Of a stretch of 64,000 nt of DNA, positions 18,460-24,994 are shown piece by piece. The DNA is from an uncultured Acidobacteriaceae bacterium. GTDB lineage: Bacteria; Acidobacteriota; Terriglobia; Terriglobales; Acidobacteriaceae. Position 1 is the stretch's first letter, and every line of letters starts with the position of its first letter. The position numbers and the translations under genes were made by a program. Location: positions 269,184 to 333,183 of the forward strand of contig CAWCZK010000005.1 in the NCBI GenBank assembly GCA_963800025.1. The letters run 5' to 3'. The notes below the pieces were generated by a model. The model saw only the letters and a program-made list of their open reading frames with translations. It did no database searches and had not been told where the DNA came from.

Positions 18460-19691
18460 ACGTGGCGGATCCAACCCCAACCCCTGAACTGAATCAGTCG
18501 CCTGCCGAAACGGAGATTGAAGCTCCGCGGTCCCGCCGCAGGGGCATCATCATCGTCGCCGTCGCGGTGGCGGTGCTCGTCGCCCTTGCCATCTGGTGGC
18601 ACTCCACGTTCAGCGAGGATACTGACGATGCGCAGATCAACGGCCATCTCATCCAGGTCAGCGCGCGCGTTGGCGGCCAGGTCCTCAAAGTCGATGTGGA
18701 AGAGAACCAGACCGTGAAGGCAGGCGACCCTATCGTCGAGCTCGACCCGCGCGATTATCAGATAGCCGTCGAGAACGCTGAGGCCGCGCTGGCCAGCGCC
18801 AAAGCCGCCGCCTCCGCCGCCCGCGTCAATGTGCCCATCATCACCACCAACACGGGCAGTAATCTCCGCTCGGCAAATGCCGATGTTACCGGCGCGCTGG
18901 CCAGCGTTGCCCAGGCCGAGCAACAACTGGTTGCGGCGCACGCCGCCGTCGCCCAGGCAGAGGCTAACAATACCAAGGCGCAGTCGGATCTTGAACGCTA
19001 TAAGCCGCTCGTCGCCAAGGATGTCATCAGCAAGCAACAATTCGACGCGGCTGTTGCCGCCGCCGATGCGGCAAAGGCCGCGCTGGCCAGTGCGCGCGCC
19101 AACGAGCAGGCTGCTGCCGATGGCGTTCGCATTGCACACGAGCGCGTGTCGGAGGCGCAGGCGCAACAGAAGTATGCCGAGACCGGACCGCAGCAGGTTG
19201 CCGCGCAGGATGCCAAAGCCAAGCAAGCGGACGCCCAGGTCCAGCAGGCTCAAGCCCAGCTGGATCAGGCCAAGCTCAATTTGAGTTACTGCAGGATCGT
19301 CGCCCCAGAGGACGGCATCATCACCCGCAAGAGCGTCGAAATAGACCAGAACATTGCTCCCGGTCAGAACCTTCTCACGCTGGTTTCGCTGGACGATCTC
19401 TGGGTGACTGCCAACTTCAAGGAGACCCAGCTCAGGCACATGAAGGCTCTTCAGGACGTGACGATCCACGTCGACGCCACCGGCAAAGACTATAAGGGGC
19501 GCGTCACGCAGATCGGCGGAGCCACCGGCTCGGTCCTTTCGCTCTTCCCGCCGGAAAACGCCACCGGCAACTACGTAAAAGTCGTTCAACGTTTGCCGGT
19601 GCGTATCGACTTTACCGACCTGGCCCACGAAGACCCGAACCACCAGCTGCGCCCTGGATTGTCGGTCGAGCCCAAAGTGTGCGTGAAATGA
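18456..19691 (+). CDS. HlyD/EmrA-family membrane fusion (periplasmic adaptor) protein
   Basis: ORF 18456..19691. GTG start overlaps the tolC-like stop (GTGA) and follows AGGAGGGA. It has an N-terminal TM helix, a biotinyl-lipoyl-like motif (INGHLIQVSARVGGQVLKVDVEENQTVKAGDPIVELD) and an Ala/Gln coiled coil. Confidence 0.85.
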   Translation: MNVADPTPTPELNQSPAETEIEAPRSRRRGIIIVAVAVAVLVALAIWWHSTFSEDTDDAQINGHLIQVSARVGGQVLKVDVEENQTVKAGDPIVELDPRDYQIAVENAEAALASAKAAASAARVNVPIITTNTGSNLRSANADVTGALASVAQAEQQLVAAHAAVAQAEANNTKAQSDLERYKPLVAKDVISKQQFDAAVAAADAAKAALASARANEQAAADGVRIAHERVSEAQAQQKYAETGPQQVAAQDAKAKQADAQVQQAQAQLDQAKLNLSYCRIVAPEDGIITRKSVEIDQNIAPGQNLLTLVSLDDLWVTANFKETQLRHMKALQDVTIHVDATGKDYKGRVTQIGGATGSVLSLFPPENATGNYVKVVQRLPVRIDFTDLAHEDPNHQLRPGLSVEPKVCVK

Positions 19692-19820
19692 CAACGGCGC
19701 GATTGCGCAGAAATTCAGGACCACTGCGTCTTAAGCACAGGTCCAAAACACGTCTGCCGGTTGGCGAGCCACGGCGCTCATAACTCTCGGTGACGCTGCA
19801 TGTGTTCTAGCAGTGCGCCG

Positions 19821-19848
19821 CCGGGCTCAGCGACAGCGCAGAGCCCGG
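19821..19848. terminator. GC-rich hairpin between convergent emrA-like and flp genes (candidate terminator, no U-tract)
   Basis: CCGGGCTC (19821-19828) pairs perfectly with GAGCCCGG (19841-19848). The loop is 12 nt. Confidence 0.35.
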
Positions 19849-19879
19849 TCAGCTATTCACATTTCATTCGGTGCCGGAG

Positions 19880-20065
19880 CTACGCCAATGAGTTGCTGAC
19901 GTTACTGAACACGCTATTGACGGCCTGCGCGACAGGCTTGACGCCAGTCACGCACGCAAGCGCAATGAAGGCGATCAGTAATGCATATTCGACCAGATCC
20001 TGACCCTGTTCGCTCTTCCCCAAATTCTGGAGCTGGATATACACCTTTAACAGCAAGTTATTCAT
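19880..20065 (-). CDS. flp: Flp/Fap family type IVb pilin
   Basis: Inside ORF 19880..20206, trimmed to ATG 20065, which is preceded by GAGAGAGGA. The product is MNNLLLKVYIQLQNLGKSEQGQDLVEYALLIAFIALACVTG..., 61 aa. It has the Flp processing motif G/xxxxEY followed by a hydrophobic helix. Confidence 0.8.
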   Translation of the reverse strand: MNNLLLKVYIQLQNLGKSEQGQDLVEYALLIAFIALACVTGVKPVAQAVNSVFSNVSNSLA

Positions 20066-20282
20066 ATGATCCTCTCTCGTCGTCGGATTTACAGATTGGC
20101 TAAGACGCGGCCGTGATTTGGGGGAATTGGCTGATTGAATCTTCAATGGCTTTAACCTCCGCGTCAACGTGGCTTCGGTGACGTCGAAGCGGTTACCTTT
20201 GCCCATCCATGAAAACTATGGCGTCTCGAAGATGTCACTTCGGCACGACGGATGAAGTGGAGCAAAAGGTAGTGAAATGAAG

Positions 20283-20350
20283 GGGTTAAGGGGTGAATGC
20301 CGACGGGTTGAAAATGAACAGGCCGCCTGTTGATTCTAAAGGAGTTGTTT
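20283..20350. repeat. Copy A of a duplicated non-coding module (GGGTTAAGGGGTGAATGC ... GGGTTGA ... CTGTTGATTCTAAAGGAGTTGTTT)
   Basis: Direct comparison with 20644-20759 shows the same ordered blocks. A third partial block, TGTTGATTCTAAACGAGTT, lies at 20404-20422. Confidence 0.6.
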
Positions 20351-20643
20351 GGCGCAAATCCGACGTAATTCGAGACATATTTTCAACATTTCCGAAGATC
20401 GTTTGTTGATTCTAAACGAGTTAAATGGCGAAAGCTTGGCGAAAAGCGAGAATTTTTTTATTTAATTAATTTTCGCTGTCTGGCGCTGGGAGTTTTGTGG
20501 CGGCTTGGATGGCCTTTGCCGGCGGCGGTGATGGACGTCATGATCGTGAATGCCATGAAGAATCCCCTTTCATCTTCAAGGCTACAGATTTGGGCGAATT
20601 AATCGGCAAACTTCGGGCAGGGAATTTTGCGAGTGGATTCAGT

Positions 20644-20759
20644 GGGTTAGGGGTGATTTGCGGATGGGAGGGGTTGACAGGACGCGTCGCCGCGCACACC
20701 CAAAGCCTCAACCGCCGGGGGAACGTCACCCGTCGAGTCTGTTGATCAACTAGTTGTTT
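20644..20759. repeat. Copy B of the duplicated non-coding module (GGGTTAGGGGTGATTTGC ... GGGGTTGACAGG ... CTGTTGATCAACTAGTTGTTT), with a ~50-nt insertion relative to copy A
   Basis: It has the same block order as 20283-20350. It contains the 10-bp palindrome GTTGATCAAC (20741-20750). Confidence 0.6.
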
Positions 20760-20817
20760 CCGGGTTTCCGGTCATTCAGTCGGCAATACGCGTCTTCACC
20801 CAATTTGAAAGACACTC

Positions 20818-21045
20818 TCACGCTGCGTCTGATTTTTCCTCAGGTTCCACCGATGTATCGGCCCGATCGACGTTTTTTCCGAAATGCTCTAATCTCCACG
20901 ATTCACATTGGTGGCGCAGCTCGGCTGAATCCAGGTCCGCCTCCCAAGTGGAAGCGGCGATTGTCGAGTAGCACCTGGTGCAGATGGAGTCTATTCCTCC
21001 ATCTGGGTTGGACCGTCGCACGAATTCAGGCAAAGAAGACGTCAT
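20818..21045 (-). CDS. Small hypothetical protein (75 aa) with a CxxC...HxC motif
   Basis: ORF 20818..21045: MTSSLPEFVRRSNPDGGIDSICTRCYSTIAASTWEADLDSAELRHQCESWRLEHF... It starts 29 nt downstream of the 88-aa ORF on the same strand. I do not recognise a family. Confidence 0.45.
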   Translation of the reverse strand: MTSSLPEFVRRSNPDGGIDSICTRCYSTIAASTWEADLDSAELRHQCESWRLEHFGKNVDRADTSVEPEEKSDAA

Positions 21046-21074
21046 GCCGACCTCCCATGCACAAAGTCTCTACC

Positions 21075-21341
21075 CTACAAATTCCATACGTAGAGGTAAT
21101 CGTCATCCGCCGCGGTGCCCACAGACTTGCCAATTTTTCGCGTGGCGCGGCTGAGAGCCGAGCGCACGTTCGTCTTGGTGTCTGTCAACTCGTCCAGCGG
21201 AATCTTTAGCGCTTTGCCCCCGTCCAGACCCTCGAGGTCATTCAGGATTCGGGTCACGATATCTCTGTGTTTGCCGCGCCGGCCGGTGGGTACATCCCCT
21301 CGCGCCGTGGTCTTGAACGTCCGGGCCTTGTTCTGAGGCAT
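21075..21341 (-). CDS. Small hypothetical protein (88 aa) with a basic N-terminus
   Basis: ORF 21075..21341: MPQNKARTFKTTARGDVPTGRRGKHRDIVTRILNDLEGLDGGKALKIPLDELTDTKTNVRSALSRATRKIGKSVGTAADDDYLYVWNL. I do not recognise a family. The sequence is plausibly coding rather than low-complexity. Confidence 0.5.
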   Translation of the reverse strand: MPQNKARTFKTTARGDVPTGRRGKHRDIVTRILNDLEGLDGGKALKIPLDELTDTKTNVRSALSRATRKIGKSVGTAADDDYLYVWNL

Positions 21342-21363
21342 AAATCAGATCCTCAAACGATAT

Positions 21364-21406
21364 CGCTAACGAGACGCTAACGAGAAGTTATAGCTACGCT
21401 AACGAA
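21364..21406 (-). promoter_or_regulatory. Three direct copies of CGCTAACGA(G/A)A (two exactly tandem 11-mers) just upstream of the 88-aa ORF
   Basis: CGCTAACGAGA occurs at 21364-21374 and 21375-21385, and CGCTAACGAA at 21397-21406. The copies lie 23-65 nt upstream of ATG 21341 on the coding (minus) strand, where they read TCGTTAGCG. Confidence 0.4.
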
Positions 21407-21734
21407 TACATCAGATATAGCACGAATGAAGATTAAGTCAACTATTATTTTCGATCTTAGAAATTCTGTAAGTTGTTTTTTAAGAGCAGGTTAAAGGGGA
21501 GGCAAAGAAAAAGTCCCCGTATCTGTGGATTCGGCCTACGGTTGATCCAGGGTGCAGAGTGAAACAGAAAATCAGGCAGTTTGAAGTTGTGCCGGTGTCG
21601 GTCGCGATGCAAAAGGCCCACCTTCTTGAGAAAGATCATCCAGGCGCGAAAGCTCCTAACAGGCGTCGCAGGACCATCGCGAATGAATCCCGCAAGGCTT
21701 CCCGACCTACCCAAGGAAATGATTGGAAAAAGTA

Positions 21735-22148
21735 ATGCAAAGAATCTTCGTTGTGGACGATGAGCAAGTGATTGCCGATACCCTGTCCGCAATTCTCAAG
21801 GGCTCCGGCTATGACGCGATCGCGTTCTACAACGCCGAAACTGCGCTCACCGCATGCGAGCACCAGCGGCCTGATTTCGTCATCACAGACGTTTCCATGC
21901 CTGGGATGAATGGTATCGAAATGGGCATCGAGATCCGGAGCCGCTTCCCCGAATGCGGAGTTCTTCTCTTCTCGGGACATGCGGGAACGTCGGTATTTCT
22001 TGAAACGGCAAAAGAAAGAGGCTGTAGTTTCGATGTGCTTACTAAGCCAGTACATCCGAAAGAACTGCTGGCCAAACTCGAGAGCGCCATTCGGCGGCCG
22101 ACTGAATCAGAAATTAGCCTCGACGACCCGGACGCTATCGCGGTCTGA
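21735..22148 (+). CDS. Stand-alone response regulator receiver domain (CheY-like)
   Basis: ORF 21723..22148, taken from ATG 21735: MQRIFVVDDEQV..., VITDVSMPGMNG (phospho-acceptor Asp), LLFSGH, LTKP. There is no output domain and no adjacent histidine kinase. Confidence 0.8.
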   Translation: MQRIFVVDDEQVIADTLSAILKGSGYDAIAFYNAETALTACEHQRPDFVITDVSMPGMNGIEMGIEIRSRFPECGVLLFSGHAGTSVFLETAKERGCSFDVLTKPVHPKELLAKLESAIRRPTESEISLDDPDAIAV

Positions 22149-22150
22149 GC

Positions 22151-22313
22151 ATTCGGAAGTCCACCGCGATCCGTTCTGTCGACCAGGTTGATCGTGCACT
22201 TGATGACACATTCGGGCAGCGCCGCGCCGGCAGGTGCGATAAACGATTTCGGAAGTCTAGCAATTTCGCATCGCTTTGACTTGCCGCGCCCACGTAGACG
22301 CCGATTCGGAAGT
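22151..22313 (+). promoter_or_regulatory. Three dispersed copies of (A/T)TTCGGAAGT in the spacer upstream of the DtxR/MntR-type regulator gene
   Basis: ATTCGGAAGT at 22151-22160, TTTCGGAAGT at 22247-22256 and ATTCGGAAGT at 22304-22313. Function is unknown. Confidence 0.3.
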
Positions 22314-22407
22314 AAGCGACGGTCCTTTCGCCCACCGCCCATCATCCCCCGTTGTTTACTATCCGCTGTTCAACCTCCTCCGGTTTAGACTGATCCTCAG
22401 CACACCC

Positions 22408-23076
22408 ATGAAGGACTCGATCCACGTTTCGAAAGAGAACTACCTCAAGGCCATTCTTGAAGCCGAGGCAGAAGGCCGCCAGGTGATTCCCGCCATGCTT
22501 GCGCATTGGCTTGAGGTATCCGCGCCGGCTGTGACGATGGCGCTCAAGCGCCTGAAGCGCGATGGATGCGTGAAGGTGGGCGAGGACGGCATCGTGCGCC
22601 TCACCGCGGCAGGCCGCGAAGTGGCCTATCACACCGCGCTGCGCCATCACCTCATCGAGCGCATGCTGAGCGAGGTCTTCGGCATGGAGTGGCACGAGAT
22701 TCACGAGGAAGCGGAGCGGCTGGAGCACGCGGTTTCGCCTGCATTCGAGGCCAAGCTCAAGGAGAAGCTCGGCGAAGGCGGCGCCTGCCCGCACGGGAAC
22801 TCCGTTCTTCCCTTAAACCCGGCCGAACGGAAAAAGAGAGGGGAGATACAGCTCTCCCAAGCCGCCGCCGGCAAGCGCTACACCGTGATCAGCCTCCAGG
22901 AGCGCGACCCAAAGCTGCTGGAGTTCCTGCACGCCTCCGGCATCGGGCCCGGCAAGAGCCTTCGCGTCGTGAGCCAGAATTACGACCAAACCGTTTTGAT
23001 TGATTTACCTACAGGAAACACGATTCTGGGGCGGCCGGCCGCGGAGGCTGTCTGGTTGCGTCCGGAGCGTTCATAG
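22408..23076 (+). CDS. mntR: DtxR/MntR-family metal-dependent transcriptional repressor with a FeoA-like C-terminal domain
   Basis: ORF 22276..23076, trimmed to ATG 22408: MKDSIHVSKENYLKAILEAEAEG... (winged HTH), HHLIERML, EWHEIHEEAERLEHAVS (metal-binding helix region), then an SH3-like tail. It sits directly upstream of an NRAMP transporter gene. Confidence 0.8.
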   Translation: MKDSIHVSKENYLKAILEAEAEGRQVIPAMLAHWLEVSAPAVTMALKRLKRDGCVKVGEDGIVRLTAAGREVAYHTALRHHLIERMLSEVFGMEWHEIHEEAERLEHAVSPAFEAKLKEKLGEGGACPHGNSVLPLNPAERKKRGEIQLSQAAAGKRYTVISLQERDPKLLEFLHASGIGPGKSLRVVSQNYDQTVLIDLPTGNTILGRPAAEAVWLRPERS

Positions 23077-23309
23077 TAATTTAATCTAAAAGAAAACATT
23101 AACTACGCTTAATAAGTTGTGCCATACTGGAGTTGAGTGGCGCTGATGCCTCTCAAAGCGAATGCCGCATTGTGACGGTCGCGCGCTGCCCGAATTCTCC
23201 CGGACGGAGCCAATGGAGCATGCACCGCGTTCGCGTTGGCCCGTTCTGCAAATGTTCACGTAAAGCCAAAAGACTTCTGTACCCAGCGTTGCCGAGGAAT
23301 ACCAGGCCA

Positions 23310-24689
23310 GTGAACGCCAGCACAAAAATCGGTCCAGATCCTCCCGTCGCAGCGGACGAACTTGTCGTCACGCATGAGGACATCGATCGCGCATACGACC
23401 GCTCGCGCGTGAGCGCAGCGCGGCGCTCGCTGGGGCTGCGCGCGCATGTGTCGCTGCTTTGGCTTTTGGTGGGGCCGGGCATCCTGGTGATGCTGGGCGA
23501 GAACGACGGCCCCAGCATGCTTTCCTACGCCGCGACCGGCGCGAAGTTCGGCATTGGCTTCTTCCTTCCGTTCGTGGTGCTCACTTTTGTGATGGCGCTG
23601 GTAGTGCAGGAGATGACGGTGCGGCTGGGCGCAGCCACGCATCGCGGCCACGCCGAGCTGATCTTCGAGCGGTTCGGCCCCTTCTGGGGCTGGTTCTCGG
23701 TGATCGATCTCAGCGTGGGCAACTTTCTCACGCTGGTTACCGAATTCATTGCGATCCGCGCCGGGTTCGGCTACTTCGGCGTGCCGCCATGGGCCGCGGT
23801 TCTGGTGGCGCTCGTGGTGCTTTTTTCCGCGCTGCTGAGCCACCGCTACTGGACATGGGAGCGTGTGACTCTGGCGGCCGCGGCCTGCAACCTGATTTTC
23901 GTGCCCGTGGCCCTGATGGCGCACCCGCAGTGGGGCGCAATCGGACACGCCATGCTCACATGGACGCCTTTGCCCCACGCGAACCAGGAGACTTTGCTGA
24001 TCCTGCTCTCGGACATCGGAGCCACTGTCACGCCATGGATGCTGTTCTTCCAGCAGAGCGCCACCGTGGACAAGGGCTTGACGACAAAAGACATTCGATT
24101 CGGGCGCATCGACACTGTGTTGGGCGCGGGCCTGGCTGCGCTGGCTGCGCTCGGCGCAATCATCGCCACCGCGCCGCTGTTTGGCCATATTGGCGCGGCC
24201 AATTTTGAAGCCGCGCAGTTTGCACAGGCGCTGGAGCCGATCGTGGGGCATATCGGCGCGTCGCTGTTTGCCCTGGGCATGATCGAGGCCGGCATCGTTG
24301 CCTCCATCACCATCTCCACGTCGTCGGCCTACGCATTCGGCGAGGTTGCGCGCCGCCCGCACAGCCTGAATCTTCCGGTGAATCAGGGCAAGTCGTTTTA
24401 CGCTGTGCTCTGCCTTTGTGCAGCGGTCGCAGCGGCCATCGTGCTGATTCCGAACCTGCCTCTCACCTTCGTGGTGCTGGTCGTGAATGTGGTGGCCGTT
24501 CTCGCCATGCCGCCGGCTCTGGTGTTTCTTTATCTGCTCGTCAACGACCCGCAAATCATGGGCGGCGTGCGCAGCCCTCGGTGGGCCAATGCGCTGGCGG
24601 CCGCTGTGGTCGTGTTGCTGACCGCCGCAGGCGTCCTCTATGGAATCAGCGTCGTCTTCCCACAGGCATTCGCGTGGCTGGGGAGTTAA
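23310..24689 (+). CDS. mntH: NRAMP-family divalent metal (Mn2+/Fe2+) transporter; start uncertain
   Basis: ORF 23133..24689. It has VGPGILVMLGENDGPSMLSYAATGAKFGIGFF (the NRAMP signature region) and about 11 TM segments. Candidate starts are GTG 23310 (chosen) and ATG 23220. The first ~60 codons of the ORF do not look protein-like. Confidence 0.8.
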   Translation: MNASTKIGPDPPVAADELVVTHEDIDRAYDRSRVSAARRSLGLRAHVSLLWLLVGPGILVMLGENDGPSMLSYAATGAKFGIGFFLPFVVLTFVMALVVQEMTVRLGAATHRGHAELIFERFGPFWGWFSVIDLSVGNFLTLVTEFIAIRAGFGYFGVPPWAAVLVALVVLFSALLSHRYWTWERVTLAAAACNLIFVPVALMAHPQWGAIGHAMLTWTPLPHANQETLLILLSDIGATVTPWMLFFQQSATVDKGLTTKDIRFGRIDTVLGAGLAALAALGAIIATAPLFGHIGAANFEAAQFAQALEPIVGHIGASLFALGMIEAGIVASITISTSSAYAFGEVARRPHSLNLPVNQGKSFYAVLCLCAAVAAAIVLIPNLPLTFVVLVVNVVAVLAMPPALVFLYLLVNDPQIMGGVRSPRWANALAAAVVVLLTAAGVLYGISVVFPQAFAWLGS

Positions 24690-24698
24690 GGGGAACAG

Positions 24699-24905
24699 AT
24701 GGAAGAGACGAAACACATTTCGGAAGAAGAAGTTGACTGGGTTCTCGAAAACCTGGAACAGGATCAACTCGTTCAGAAGAAATCCGCACCTGTTCCCCGC
24801 CGGCAATTGCGCGGCGGAGAGTTGGTGCTGGTATGGGCCCTGCGCATTTACCTGATCTTCATGATGGTCGTCGTCTTCTGGCAGGCATGGATGGCTGTGC
24901 GGTAA
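24699..24905 (+). CDS. Small membrane protein (68 aa), likely co-transcribed with mntH
   Basis: ORF 24699..24905. The ATG is 9 nt after the mntH stop and is preceded by AAGGGGAA. The N-terminal half is acidic (EEEVDWVLENLEQDQL) and the C-terminus has a TM helix (LVLVWALRIYLIFMMVVVFWQAWMAV). Confidence 0.5.
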   Translation: MEETKHISEEEVDWVLENLEQDQLVQKKSAPVPRRQLRGGELVLVWALRIYLIFMMVVVFWQAWMAVR

Positions 24906-24994
24906 GCGGACGCAGCTGCAGAACGCGCGGTCTTCGCGCGGGCCGCGATGGGCCGGCGATTTTCCCACACTTCCCCGATCGCCTGGAGGTTCAT

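Noticed and set aside
18432-19724. 430-aa ORF on the minus strand
   Set aside because: It is antisense to the emrA-like adaptor gene. Its repetitive Leu/Gly/Arg composition mirrors the Ala/Gln coiled coil on the coding strand.
20497-20745. 82-aa (plus strand) and 63-aa (minus strand) ORFs inside the flp-upstream spacer
   Set aside because: They overlap each other on opposite strands. They have no ribosome-binding site and no recognisable motif. They also cover the repeated non-coding module, so I treat the region as non-coding.
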